Below, one piece after another: positions 18,975 through 29,947 of a stretch of DNA of 60,676 bases (the first letter of the stretch is position 1; each line of letters opens with the position of its first letter). The position numbers and the translations under genes are program-made. The stretch lies in the IMG/VR virus record IMGVR_UViG_3300044731_001504, positions 1-60,676 of that record. The stretch is one strand, 5' to 3'. The notes below the pieces were generated by a model. That model ran no database searches, was not told where the DNA came from, and saw nothing but the letters and a program-made list of their open reading frames with translations. Source of the DNA: a virus (Duplodnaviria; Caudoviricetes).

Positions 18975-21848
18975 TCAAATACCAATCCCTATATTTTTTG
19001 GGTGTACCTCTTTAATTTGTTTTTTACCTTTTGGAGTGTATAAAAGTATGTTTTCAAACTCTTTTCTTTTTTTATCGATTTCAACTTTATTTTGTGGTTT
19101 AACAATTAAAGTTTCAAAATTAATCTTTGGTGTGTTTTTAGTTTGCGTATTTGTGGTAACTTCAGTTTTTGGTTTGTTGTTAACTTTTACTTCAGGATTT
19201 GGATTAGTGTCTTTTTTTGTACCTGTTAAAATTTGAGCCGTAATTTTTCTAATATTACTATTGTTAGCAATTTTTGGAACTTTATTTACCACTTTTTGAG
19301 GTTCCTGTGGTTCAGTTATAGTTTTGTCGATTGTTTTAGGTTTTTGAGTTCCAGGTACTAAATTTTTAATTTTATTTATTTTTTCAGTGTTTGCAACATT
19401 TGTTACTTTAGGTATTACAATATTATTTTGTTTAAAACTAACTGTTTCATTAATTTTTAATTTATTATACCTTGGTAATGAGTATATGTACTTTTCAGTT
19501 CGTTTTTGTAATCCCGTGTCTCTAACTGAAGATGTTTTAGTGTGAGTATTTTTATCGTGCCAATTATACAAATAAGTAATATCATTAAAACTTTTGAAAT
19601 GTTCCTTTCCAGACATCTCAAGCATTGGCATTCCGTATGCAACATCATTAGCTGCCCTAATAAAATTACCCTCAAACATTAAATCACTTTGTTTAATATT
19701 CCTAAACAAAAACGCTTTGAACACTCTCATCGCAGAATATGCCCAAGTCATACTTCTAGGATTATCTGCGTTTGGACCGTGTTTAAAAGGAGATTTTTGG
19801 CCTCTATTATCTATCCATCTATATCCGGCAATCCATAAATTTGGGTCTTTAAAATGATTACTAACTTTTTCAACCACATTATTCCCATAGAAAGCATCAT
19901 CACCATCCAATTCAATTATAATATCGTCGTTATTAATCAAATTTTGATTATGTATTACTTCATAAAAATTTTGTGTTTTAAATTTTTGTACATCATTCCT
20001 AATGATTGTGAATCTATTATCTCCTGATGTTAATTTTTTTAGCATTAATAAACTACCATCTGTTGAGTTATCATCAACAACAATGACTTTAAAATTTTTA
20101 TATGTTTGGGATTTAATTGATGATATAAATTGTGGAATTTGCTTTGATGCATCCCACAAAGTTGACAAAATAACTATTTTTGGGATGTTTAAATAAATGG
20201 CGTTATTACTAAAATCATTTGTTTTAATTTTTATTTTGTTGATTAATACATCTGTTAAAATTAAACTTCCATTTTTGTCGTTAGTATATACCAATCCTTT
20301 TTTACCTTCAGACCAGTTTTGTAAATGTTCCGATAATTTATATTTATCAATATTTTTTTTATCAATAAGAGATATTTTAGAATTTAACTTATTTTCAAAC
20401 GAACTTTTCATATAAGTTAAATGGTGCATATAATGTTTTGATTTAAGGACTTTATTTTCTTCCATTTTTCTAGCAGGGTCACACAGTAAAGATGTCCTTA
20501 ATCCTCGTTTGAAAATCCTATCATTAATTCTATATACTGAAGGTACAAAATATGTGTCAATAAAAAAATTATTCTCATTATAATAATACGCAGCAATACC
20601 GTGATAACAGGTGTCCAAATTATTGGATATCATTTTATTAATATCTGACATTAATTCACGTTCATTATAATGCTCATCAGTGTCTAAAGGTAATACAAAA
20701 TCAAAATTTAATTCTTTCAATACACTTAACCCATAATTTCGTTTTTCAATCATCCCATCCAGTTTATCAACATCGTATTTTTCATAATTTAATACTTTAT
20801 TAATATAACCATTAGTCTTTAATTTATTTATTATTTCATCATTATTACTATGTTCTATTTCACCTGAAAAACTTTTTCTTTGATGTACAATTATAACATA
20901 GTCCACTACGTTTTTTATTGACTCTATTGATTTTTCCAAAAATTCAAGACCATAGAACGTGTTATATACCGCACCTACTTTAAATTTTCTAAAATTTTTA
21001 TTTTTGAATTTATCTGAGTTGTCAATCCTCCATTCACCAGTCTTAATCAATTTTTTTACTAATTCTTTCAAATTTTCTAAATTTTCAAATTCATAAATTA
21101 AATCACCAAAATAATTTCTTTTAGTCTTTTCACTTATAACACATTTCCCATTTATTAATGGATAAAAAATTCTAACTTGTTCTTGTATTTTTGAGTCATA
21201 ATAATTTAGATTAAGGACTATTTTAGATTGGGAAATGTAATCGTCTAATTTATCGTTAAAGACAGGATTTAATAATTTAAATTTACACTGACTAATTTGT
21301 TGTTGAGTCATAAGTGAAAATTCACCTATAACTAATAAATTAAAATGTTGGGATAAGTAATTTAAAATTTTACCCCTTCTTTCATTAATTGACCCATAAA
21401 AAATAATATCATAATTAGTATTTTTTGTTGGGATTTTCTTCAAAGATTCACAATACCCAAAATTTATTAATTTAACTTTTTTGAATCCAATTTTTTCTAA
21501 AAACCACTTATTATCAATATCATATTCCCAAATTTCATCACATTCATTTAACCATTTTAAAATTGTTTCAGTTCTTTTTTTTACATTAATGTTTTTTGTA
21601 GTTCTATTAAACCATAAACTTTTTTCATCGTATAATTGCTCTAATTGTAGTATTGCAATTTTTTTATTGGGATATTCTTTCCGATAATAAGTTATATCAT
21701 TTTCGGGTATGTTATATCCTATTATTACAAGATAGTTAGAATAGTTTTCATTACTCCCATATATCTCATCAATCATTTTCTTCGCATGAGAAAATGGATG
21801 ATTTACACCAACAGAATTCCTATTAATTACTGTTATGAGTTTATCCAT
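18975..21848 (-). CDS. multidomain glycosyltransferase (GT-B-like plus two GT-A/GT2 modules, Lys/Thr/Pro-rich tail)
   Basis: YDIIFYGSINERR...SKIVLNL...CVISE; LPLDTDE; VVDDNSTDGS and ELDGDD. Confidence 0.85.
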   Translation of the reverse strand: MDKLITVINRNSVGVNHPFSHAKKMIDEIYGSNENYSNYLVIIGYNIPENDITYYRKEYPNKKIAILQLEQLYDEKSLWFNRTTKNINVKKRTETILKWLNECDEIWEYDIDNKWFLEKIGFKKVKLINFGYCESLKKIPTKNTNYDIIFYGSINERRGKILNYLSQHFNLLVIGEFSLMTQQQISQCKFKLLNPVFNDKLDDYISQSKIVLNLNYYDSKIQEQVRIFYPLINGKCVISEKTKRNYFGDLIYEFENLENLKELVKKLIKTGEWRIDNSDKFKNKNFRKFKVGAVYNTFYGLEFLEKSIESIKNVVDYVIIVHQRKSFSGEIEHSNNDEIINKLKTNGYINKVLNYEKYDVDKLDGMIEKRNYGLSVLKELNFDFVLPLDTDEHYNERELMSDINKMISNNLDTCYHGIAAYYYNENNFFIDTYFVPSVYRINDRIFKRGLRTSLLCDPARKMEENKVLKSKHYMHHLTYMKSSFENKLNSKISLIDKKNIDKYKLSEHLQNWSEGKKGLVYTNDKNGSLILTDVLINKIKIKTNDFSNNAIYLNIPKIVILSTLWDASKQIPQFISSIKSQTYKNFKVIVVDDNSTDGSLLMLKKLTSGDNRFTIIRNDVQKFKTQNFYEVIHNQNLINNDDIIIELDGDDAFYGNNVVEKVSNHFKDPNLWIAGYRWIDNRGQKSPFKHGPNADNPRSMTWAYSAMRVFKAFLFRNIKQSDLMFEGNFIRAANDVAYGMPMLEMSGKEHFKSFNDITYLYNWHDKNTHTKTSSVRDTGLQKRTEKYIYSLPRYNKLKINETVSFKQNNIVIPKVTNVANTEKINKIKNLVPGTQKPKTIDKTITEPQEPQKVVNKVPKIANNSNIRKITAQILTGTKKDTNPNPEVKVNNKPKTEVTTNTQTKNTPKINFETLIVKPQNKVEIDKKRKEFENILLYTPKGKKQIKEVHPKNIGIGI

Positions 21849-22377
21849 TAAATTTAAAACAAATCATTAATCTACCTGAATTTATTGATTTACGATAAGG
21901 TTTATAACCAAGAGTCCATTTTGAAATTATATCATCGGTTATCATATGGTGTTCAATATCATTTGGGCAATCCCACATATAAGGGACTGTTAGAATACAG
22001 TATTTTGAAATCCTCTCAATCTCTTTAAATATCTCTGATTGATTTGGGGATAAATGCTCAAAAACTTGTAATCCAACAAAAACATCGTATTTTTTGTTTT
22101 CAATATTCCAAGGGACGTTTCTCGCATCCATTATATAGTTATTATTATTAATATTGTCCGGGTCAACAGTTTCAATCTCAAGAGCAATACTATCACTTCC
22201 ATCCATTAATGAAATCATATTAGTGCCTATTTCAATACCACTATTTGGTCTAATATTATTTAATTCATTTATTACATCTTTCATATAATTCCACCTTACT
22301 TCAGTAGAATTATTCCAATATCTAATATTTAATTTTTTAACTTTAGATAAATAATTTTTCTTTGATAATATTTCCAT
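21841..22377 (-). CDS. methyltransferase-like protein
   Basis: IEIGT, MDARNVPW..KYDVFVGLQVFEHL, ILTVP resemble the class I SAM-dependent fold; likely start MEILS. Confidence 0.55.
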   Translation of the reverse strand: MEILSKKNYLSKVKKLNIRYWNNSTEVRWNYMKDVINELNNIRPNSGIEIGTNMISLMDGSDSIALEIETVDPDNINNNNYIMDARNVPWNIENKKYDVFVGLQVFEHLSPNQSEIFKEIERISKYCILTVPYMWDCPNDIEHHMITDDIISKWTLGYKPYRKSINSGRLMICFKFNG

Positions 22378-22424
22378 ATTTATAACTATTTGTTTTTTTA
22401 GAAAATATATGTTAGATTTGCTCA

Positions 22425-22913
22425 ATGGACAGAGTATTAGTATTAAACGCAGACTTTTCTCCTTTAAATGTTACATCATTACAGAGGGGATTCAACTTGG
22501 TCTTCAAAGGGAAGGCTGAGGTGGTTAAAGCTGCGGATACTTTTATTGTTACTGACAAAAAAATATATGAACGTCCCATTATCATACGTCTTTTAAATTA
22601 CGTTAAATACGTTTACCGTAGGATACGTGTCAATAGACATAGAATATACAAAAGAGACGGACATAGATGTGTTTATTGTGAACATACCAAACAATTAACC
22701 ATTGACCACGTAATACCAAAATCAAAGGGTGGTAAAAACACTTGGGAAAACTTGGTTACCTGCTGCACAAAATGTAATTTAAAGAAGGGTGATAAAACTC
22801 CCGAACAAGCGGGAATGAAGTTATCAATCAATCCAAAAGAACCAAACATATTTGTGGAAGCAATGAATTCAGGTCTTGAAAAGGTATGGAAGGAATATCA
22901 AAATTCATTCTAA
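22425..22913 (+). CDS. HNH endonuclease
   Basis: RDGHRCVYC, TIDHVIPKSKGG..TWENLVTCC..CN..KG; TAGATTTG element directly upstream. Confidence 0.92.
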   Translation: MDRVLVLNADFSPLNVTSLQRGFNLVFKGKAEVVKAADTFIVTDKKIYERPIIIRLLNYVKYVYRRIRVNRHRIYKRDGHRCVYCEHTKQLTIDHVIPKSKGGKNTWENLVTCCTKCNLKKGDKTPEQAGMKLSINPKEPNIFVEAMNSGLEKVWKEYQNSF

Positions 22914-22916
22914 AAG

Positions 22917-22942
22917 AAAAGGGAGTCAATGACTCCCTTTCT
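22917..22942. terminator. bidirectional terminator
   Basis: AAAGGGAGTCA-a-TGACTCCCTTT between convergent genes. Confidence 0.75.
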
Positions 22943-23003
22943 ACAGGACTAGAATAAAACCCCCTATGAATTTTAATCGTTTATATTAATGGATTTCACT
23001 CCA

Positions 23004-24989
23004 TTAATCTTTTTGAAAAAGGTTTTGTTTAAACCCTTTTATTTTTTCGTCCATTTTTGATTGTATTCCATTAAGTGTCTCACAAACGGGTCCACTTAAC
23101 ATACTAATCAATTTTTTTGATGTGTCTGAATCTTGTAATTTTCCAGTTATAACTTCTTGAAAAGTTGATAAAAATCCATTATTTGAATCTGATGTTAATT
23201 TATTAGCATATGCCGTAGGAATTGCTTCGGCAATTTGAACCGCCAAATAATGACAATCAGTTATCATATCAGGGATATTATCCGCATCAATTTTATTTGA
23301 CACCTCATCTATAATGTGGATTGTCATTGGGTCAGTGGAATCCATTCCCAATTTCTTAACCAATATTTCATCAAGAGTTTTCTTAACAAACATCTCTTTA
23401 ATATCATCTTCATCACCAACCATCGCAGTTATAAACTTATAAACATTTCCTAAATTTTCTTGAATAATTTCTTTGTCATATTTCTTTGACATATATCTTT
23501 TGGTTTCAGATAATATTTGTTTTACTGATTCATTAATATTTTTTCTTGTTGGTTTTTCAATTGATTCGAGAATTCCAACAAATTTTGTTTCAATAATATC
23601 ATTTTCCAAAATTTCTTTTTTCTTTCTTTCCTTTGCTTCGGTCAATAACTTGTGAACATTGTTTTTGAAACTATAAGACTCTTGTTGTCTTTCTCTTTCT
23701 TCTCTATCTTTAGTACTTTCAGTAAAACAATATTTAACACTTTGTTGTTGATTTGGGTTATCAACATTAATAAACGCACATGGGATTGATGGGTTTTTAA
23801 ACACCCCACCAGGTGCAAAGAAATCATTTTCAATCATTCTAAATAATTTTCTTTTTTCACCTGACTCTTTAACGTTAGCACGATTACTTTCATAAACACC
23901 ACTCTTCCAACATCCTGCAACACCATCTTTAGCGGCACGTAATTGATTTGCATTAATGTCAGCACTTATTCTACCTTGTGAAGCTCCACATCCATTTCTT
24001 GCTCTTTTATCTCCATATCTTCCTGCAATAAAACAAGAAAATTCTCGGAACCATTTAATACATTCCTCATGTTTAACGGTATTATCAACATTAGATTGCT
24101 CAACTCCAGCAGCACCTTTTCTTGCAGCTTCGGCTCCCTGTACTTTAGGAGTATACACAACAAATGGGACACCTTCTTGAGGAGTCATCAATGGTTTACC
24201 ATCTTGTGTGGTAAATGGGAAGAAATTAAATGCTCTAGTGTCCCATTGAGAATTAAATTCATCTAAATCAGAATACGTTGGATTTGTTGTAACAGTTTCA
24301 GGTATTTCTTTAACTATTTTTTCAAAATTTTTATATAAATCCATCTCATCAGTGGCCAATTGACCACCTTGGGTTTTAATTTTTCTATTCATTTTGGCCA
24401 TTTCAGCATTCAATGCACTTTTCAAATATCCAAAATAAATAGACCTACCACCTATAGAAACATAATATTTAATGTTTGTAATTGCTTGGTTAACCATATT
24501 TGGGTCTTTAATCAAAAACTGACCAAGCATTTTAGTATAATATTGTAAATTTGCAGTTTCTTCAGTATCTAATAAGGTTCCAAGTTCTTGTTGTTGTTTT
24601 TTATTAGCCGAACTAAATTCTCTCATCTCTGTTTGGAAATCGGACCTATTCTTATTATAAAAATAATATACATCCTGTGTGTCATCTATATTACAAATCA
24701 TTCCATTTGATTGTGACATTCCCCCTGTTCTTGCAGGAGAAAAACTTGCTAAATTTTCACCTCCTCTTGATGACCCATATAATGTCTCCCCATTTCTAAA
24801 ATGAACAGAACATCGTGAACCACTTGGTTTTAAAAAAACTCCAATAACCGCATTTTGTTCAGTTTGTTCATCTCCCACTTTAAATCCTCCAGCAATTCTG
24901 TTTCCTGCAGAATCTTTAGTCATTAAGTTGGTAAATGATTCATTTCGATTAAAACCTGGATTACTTTGTTCAAAAATTTTTGTCTTCAT
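23004..24989 (-). CDS. large hypothetical protein
   Basis: 661 aa; starts MKTKIFEQ; internal LLTEA/ILEN/INES sites precede a helical C-terminal domain. Confidence 0.75.
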   Translation of the reverse strand: MKTKIFEQSNPGFNRNESFTNLMTKDSAGNRIAGGFKVGDEQTEQNAVIGVFLKPSGSRCSVHFRNGETLYGSSRGGENLASFSPARTGGMSQSNGMICNIDDTQDVYYFYNKNRSDFQTEMREFSSANKKQQQELGTLLDTEETANLQYYTKMLGQFLIKDPNMVNQAITNIKYYVSIGGRSIYFGYLKSALNAEMAKMNRKIKTQGGQLATDEMDLYKNFEKIVKEIPETVTTNPTYSDLDEFNSQWDTRAFNFFPFTTQDGKPLMTPQEGVPFVVYTPKVQGAEAARKGAAGVEQSNVDNTVKHEECIKWFREFSCFIAGRYGDKRARNGCGASQGRISADINANQLRAAKDGVAGCWKSGVYESNRANVKESGEKRKLFRMIENDFFAPGGVFKNPSIPCAFINVDNPNQQQSVKYCFTESTKDREERERQQESYSFKNNVHKLLTEAKERKKKEILENDIIETKFVGILESIEKPTRKNINESVKQILSETKRYMSKKYDKEIIQENLGNVYKFITAMVGDEDDIKEMFVKKTLDEILVKKLGMDSTDPMTIHIIDEVSNKIDADNIPDMITDCHYLAVQIAEAIPTAYANKLTSDSNNGFLSTFQEVITGKLQDSDTSKKLISMLSGPVCETLNGIQSKMDEKIKGFKQNLFQKD

Positions 24990-25001
24990 AAATAATAAAT
25001 A

Positions 25002-25721
25002 TTAGGGTTTGTTAATAACACCAGTTTTTGGGTCCCATTTATACCAAACTTTTGGTCTTCCTGATTCTTTGAATGACCCGTCAGTTTCACTTTCATAATA
25101 AGGTTTAAATGACACTGAACCATTACAGAAATATTCATAAACACCCGCATCTGATAAATCATCAAAAAATTCTTCAACATAAGATTTTTTGGATGGGTCG
25201 TATTTTCCTGATGTTAAATTTTTAAAACAGGGAGGAGTTGTATCTTTGTTTTCACAATCCCAAGCCTTTCCTAAAAATATAATCTTACCATTTTTATCTG
25301 TTAATTTATAATAGTCAAGAATATCATCATTTTCTTTAGCTTTTTTAGCAGAATCCTCATCTGAAAATGGGACTTTATAACAATCCTCAATTGCTCTTTC
25401 ATAATCAGATTTTGTAAAAGTATCCTTCATCCAATTACCACTATCATCAACTTTATCTCCAAACCAAGAAATAATTTTACCAACCGAATTGGTTATTATT
25501 TGTTCTATTTTAGAAACGCTAGGTATTTGTGTTTGTGTTTGTGTTTGTTGTGGGGTCTTTTTGAAATAACAGGTATCTCCTAAAGTAGGGTCAGCATATA
25601 TTTGACAATCTTTATCGGACATAAACTGAGTATCTGCAGTGAGTGAACACGCACTTATGGTCCAAGTAGAGTCTGGTTGTGTTTGAGTATTGGTAACAGT
25701 CCCTTCAATAATTAATTTCAT
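25002..25721 (-). CDS. hypothetical Cys-containing protein
   Basis: 239 aa; starts MKLIIEG; QT repeats. Confidence 0.7.
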   Translation of the reverse strand: MKLIIEGTVTNTQTQPDSTWTISACSLTADTQFMSDKDCQIYADPTLGDTCYFKKTPQQTQTQTQIPSVSKIEQIITNSVGKIISWFGDKVDDSGNWMKDTFTKSDYERAIEDCYKVPFSDEDSAKKAKENDDILDYYKLTDKNGKIIFLGKAWDCENKDTTPPCFKNLTSGKYDPSKKSYVEEFFDDLSDAGVYEYFCNGSVSFKPYYESETDGSFKESGRPKVWYKWDPKTGVINKP

Positions 25722-25733
25722 ATTCTTATAGTA

Positions 25734-27905
25734 TTACTGCGCTTTATATCCATCAAATCTCTTTCTTACGGAGTTATCATCACTAATAAATATCATTTCG
25801 TTATTACCATTTAATGATATTGTTCCTTCTTTACCTTTATAGATTGCTTTTTTATTTGTTTGGTCATATTCACTTATTTTATCATTTGTATTCGCATTAT
25901 TCCAAGCATTAATTAGCGTTCCATAACTATAGTTAGGACTTGTTGGGTTATCTGAACCTTCGACAGGACCCTCCTGTTGTCTTAGTAAAGTACTGTCGAT
26001 TTCAGGAGTTTCAATTTGCATTGAGTCTAGTGGAGGGATTCCCATTCTACGTAGTAGTGTATCACCTTCCATTTGAATTTCTTGAGAGGTGTTTTGAAAA
26101 GCCTCAGTGGCCTCACGTTGCGTTTCCTCCACCCAATCTTTAATCATTTTTTGGTAAGTCCCTCTCCAAAAATTAATAAACAAATCATAAAAAGTTCCAA
26201 ATGCGTAGGCAACCGGCCATGCCGTCTTTAAAATACTAAATTGATAATCCATTTCTTTTATCATTTTTGTAGAGTCATTAGGGTCAGGTACATTAATTTC
26301 AACCCAATTTCCAAATCCTTCACCCAATTCTTTTAAAATATTCGGCCCTAATCTTTCAAAAATGGGTTTAAAATCCCCATCATTTTCATCATAATATTTA
26401 TAATCTTTAGCCCACGGGTTTAAAGTTTTAAGAGTTCCAATAATTACTCCAAATAATGGTGCAATTACTAATTTTGTATATGTCCACCATACTACGTATC
26501 TATTAAATTTTAAAACTGGAAACCCTCGTTTTTTATAAAGATTTTTTAAATAAGGTCTTCCCTCCATCATTTTCTTCCAATCATCTATTTTTTTCACAGT
26601 TCCAGTAAAAAAATGACTTTCCATTATCTCTAAACAAATACCTATAGCTCTCAAAGAAGATTTAGTCGCTTCAACGATTACATTAGCAGATTTTTGTTTT
26701 TTAACACCTGTCCCCATTTTTTCCAACACCTCCTCATCAAAATTTTTAACCCATTTCAAACCTGAAGTTCTCATTAAGTCAAAAATTGCTGGAAAAAATG
26801 CAGGAAAATCAGGATGTTGTGGGTTACAGTGTTCTATCATTTCTTGAAAAGATGCAATAAATCTTTGTTGAGTTTCTAGGGGTAACGCTTCTAATTCAGG
26901 ATTACGTCTATAAATCCCAACTAACTCTTCAACAATTCCATTAAAATTTCTATCGTGAGGGGTTAAAGCGTCAAGTCTAGTAATAGTAGAAGTCAATTCT
27001 TGCCCTAATTCACTCATAATGTCTTCAATGTTTGTTTGGGTATTCATTCTATCAAAAAAAGCTTTACAAATACCTTCCCACTCATCTAACACTATATTTA
27101 ATTCACTATTAGAATCTTTACGTAGTAATAATGCGGTCTCAAATAATCTTGGAATGTCATACCATCTTTGAGACTTAGTCAATGGAGAATATTTCCAAGT
27201 AATTAAATATCTATACCACTCTAAGTCAGTAAAAGAAGAGGCTGGACCTGGAATTCTATTTCGTATCCTATTTATAATGTCACCTTCCTCTCTACCCATT
27301 AGACGAGCCAATTCATTTTGTTGTGTTTGTGCTAATTGTTCGGCCCTTCTCGCATTTTCCGCAGCTGCTAAATCAACCTGTCTGTTATATCTAGCAATCA
27401 AATCTTCCTCAAAAATTCTTCTTAATAAAGGATTATTACCTGTGATTCCATTTATTGCCTCATCTAATGTTTCAGCACCATCCGCAACTCTTCTTTGTGC
27501 GTTTTGCGCCCACACATCAAAATTGAAATTTGGGTCATTTTTTTGCATCTGTGTTGTAAACTCATCCATCGTCTTTTGTAAATAAGAAACCCCTTCATCA
27601 TCTTTAAGAGTTTTAATGAGTAATGCCATTTCATCTAAAATTTCACCAGAAATTTGACCGTATCTCCCGTTATTTAAATCATCTAATAATTTTGTAAATT
27701 CTTCCTGATACAATGTTTTCTTACCAATTTTCATTAACACTTTACCTGCTTCATCAGTTAACTCTGATTGTTTTGCAATTTTTTTTACAACATTTGCAAA
27801 ATATTCTCCAATAGACGAGATACCTGTATCTTCTTTTAATAAGATAGTAGGTAACCCCATAATTTGTCTTTGTCTATTTATTTCATTTAATATTTTTTTG
27901 TTCAT
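25734..27905 (-). CDS. large protein with hydrophobic segments
   Basis: 723 aa; leader MNKKILNEINRQRQIMG..LLKE; TM-like LVIAPLFGVIIGTL and AWPVAYAFGTFY. Confidence 0.75.
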   Translation of the reverse strand: MNKKILNEINRQRQIMGLPTILLKEDTGISSIGEYFANVVKKIAKQSELTDEAGKVLMKIGKKTLYQEEFTKLLDDLNNGRYGQISGEILDEMALLIKTLKDDEGVSYLQKTMDEFTTQMQKNDPNFNFDVWAQNAQRRVADGAETLDEAINGITGNNPLLRRIFEEDLIARYNRQVDLAAAENARRAEQLAQTQQNELARLMGREEGDIINRIRNRIPGPASSFTDLEWYRYLITWKYSPLTKSQRWYDIPRLFETALLLRKDSNSELNIVLDEWEGICKAFFDRMNTQTNIEDIMSELGQELTSTITRLDALTPHDRNFNGIVEELVGIYRRNPELEALPLETQQRFIASFQEMIEHCNPQHPDFPAFFPAIFDLMRTSGLKWVKNFDEEVLEKMGTGVKKQKSANVIVEATKSSLRAIGICLEIMESHFFTGTVKKIDDWKKMMEGRPYLKNLYKKRGFPVLKFNRYVVWWTYTKLVIAPLFGVIIGTLKTLNPWAKDYKYYDENDGDFKPIFERLGPNILKELGEGFGNWVEINVPDPNDSTKMIKEMDYQFSILKTAWPVAYAFGTFYDLFINFWRGTYQKMIKDWVEETQREATEAFQNTSQEIQMEGDTLLRRMGIPPLDSMQIETPEIDSTLLRQQEGPVEGSDNPTSPNYSYGTLINAWNNANTNDKISEYDQTNKKAIYKGKEGTISLNGNNEMIFISDDNSVRKRFDGYKAQ

Positions 27906-27922
27906 ACATATAAATATATTAA

Positions 27923-29878
27923 TTATTTAACTTTTAACCAATGATGGGTAACCCAAGTATTATCCCCAGATTTACTCTGTATTAATCTACCAGGTTCTTT
28001 TGGTTCAACATTTGAGTATTTTTTAAGATATTCAGGGAATGTAACCCATCCATCTTTTCTTAATTTTTGTATTTTTTTATCATCTAATTGTTCAAGACTA
28101 TCACTTAAAACCCAACTTTGTTCATCATATAATTGAGTACTATCAATTACAATTGGTTTAATACCAAGATTACTTAATGTGTCTTGAGTTGCTTTTTTCC
28201 AATAATCATAACTATTTTTTACCGCTTCAGGAATAATTTTAGTCTCCAATCCTTCATATAGTTCATTAACAATTTCAGGGGATTTTTCACGGTTCATTGC
28301 GATATTGATTGCAATCATTTCTTTAAGTGAATCTGGTATAATAGAACTTAATTCAGTTAATTTTGCCCTTTCATTATCATTTAATATTTCCGAACAACAC
28401 AAATCAACAATAAATCCAAGTCCCACTCCGGCACCCAACTGAAGTGTCACCTCTTTAGCCCATAATTTTTGTAAAAATTTAATATCCTTTAATAATTCAG
28501 GATGAGCTTTTGCCATTTCTTTCAGTCCTCCCTCTATTATTCCTTCCGCCTCCATAAACGCAACCATCTCATCAACTCCTTTATTTTTAAGTTGTTCACT
28601 AAATTCTTTAATCATTTGTTGTTTTGTAATATCATCATATTCCATAAACATTGTGAATAACTTTTGTTCGTCATCAGTTAGGTTACCACTTCGATACCAT
28701 GCAACATAGTCACCTATGCTTGAACTTGATGATAATCCACTATCACCCAATTTTTTTCCAAGAGACTTAAATACTTCATTATCAATCCCTCTAAAATATT
28801 TTGTTAATTTTAACCAAGGACAAAGTGCAAAAAATATGTTAAAAGCAACACCAATATTATTACCTTTTTGAAAGTCTCTATAAGCCATTACACCTCCAAT
28901 AATACCCTCAACTAATATTTCCAAAAGTACTGCCTCAGTTGCCCCGAAAAATGAACCTACAATTGCTGCCGTTACAGATGCACCAATAGCAATCCAAATT
29001 CCCCATTCATCAACAAAAATTTGCCAATCTTCTCTAAGTTCTACTAATTTTGGTGGTTCATAATATTTTTTTAAATCCCAAGAATAATACCCAAGAAATT
29101 TATAATAAAGTTCACGATTCATTGTTCCACCTAAATCACTAACTCCTTGACCAACTCCCATACCTTGAAATGAACCTGTTGATATTTTTTTACTACTTCC
29201 TTCCGTACTTCCCTCAGTAGGATTAACTCTTTGTCTCATTGATGAGAACCTATTACGATTAATTGTAAAGTGTAATACCGTTCCTTTTGGATATGTTTCA
29301 GTCACATATTTTATATAAGCGTTTTTTGTTTGCTCAGTTACCGGGTCCGGGTTTTTGTTAACATTTTCAACTTTATTGTCCAATCCCAAACCTAATTTAC
29401 CTGTTTTAAATTCAAAACTAGGTCGCATTGCATGTTTTAATAACCGGTCATATTCATCAAAGGTTCCATTAATAAAGGTTATATCTTCAACAAATGTTGG
29501 TAAATATAATAACGTGTTTCCAGCCCCTCTATAAGCACAATATGTTTCACCACTGATACCTTTTGGTATAGCATCAACTCCAACAACTTTTGAAGTTCCT
29601 TTTTCACCTCTAATTTCAACTTCTCCAGGTAAAACTGTGTATTCTTTAAATGGACAATAATTAGGATAAGTTTTGGCAATTTTATTTGCTTGGTCAATGT
29701 CGTGTTGTTTTAAACCCTGTTCACTATTTAGATAATCAGTATATCTATCAGCAGCACCTTGCTCAATAATAAATGGTTTATTTTTAATTTGCTCAAGATT
29801 TTCAGATAATGTGTTATTGGACTTATACCCCATTAACAATAATTGTCTTTGTAATATTTCAGATATATTTTGCTTCAT
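27923..29878 (-). CDS. large protein with hydrophobic helical hairpins
   Basis: 651 aa; leader MKQNISEILQRQLLLMGY..LSEN; WGIWIAIGASVTAAIVGSFFG, ILVEGIIGGVMA, LGAGVGLGFIV. Confidence 0.75.
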   Translation of the reverse strand: MKQNISEILQRQLLLMGYKSNNTLSENLEQIKNKPFIIEQGAADRYTDYLNSEQGLKQHDIDQANKIAKTYPNYCPFKEYTVLPGEVEIRGEKGTSKVVGVDAIPKGISGETYCAYRGAGNTLLYLPTFVEDITFINGTFDEYDRLLKHAMRPSFEFKTGKLGLGLDNKVENVNKNPDPVTEQTKNAYIKYVTETYPKGTVLHFTINRNRFSSMRQRVNPTEGSTEGSSKKISTGSFQGMGVGQGVSDLGGTMNRELYYKFLGYYSWDLKKYYEPPKLVELREDWQIFVDEWGIWIAIGASVTAAIVGSFFGATEAVLLEILVEGIIGGVMAYRDFQKGNNIGVAFNIFFALCPWLKLTKYFRGIDNEVFKSLGKKLGDSGLSSSSSIGDYVAWYRSGNLTDDEQKLFTMFMEYDDITKQQMIKEFSEQLKNKGVDEMVAFMEAEGIIEGGLKEMAKAHPELLKDIKFLQKLWAKEVTLQLGAGVGLGFIVDLCCSEILNDNERAKLTELSSIIPDSLKEMIAINIAMNREKSPEIVNELYEGLETKIIPEAVKNSYDYWKKATQDTLSNLGIKPIVIDSTQLYDEQSWVLSDSLEQLDDKKIQKLRKDGWVTFPEYLKKYSNVEPKEPGRLIQSKSGDNTWVTHHWLKVK

Positions 29879-29947
29879 TAAGACTTTTTTTATAAATACT
29901 TTGCCAGTATTAAAAAAAAATAGTATATTTGTGGAAAATTAAAAGAA

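Noticed and set aside
22425-22913. HNH gene as an intron-encoded mobile element
   Set aside because: It is free-standing with its own promoter element and terminator, and the neighbours are not split.
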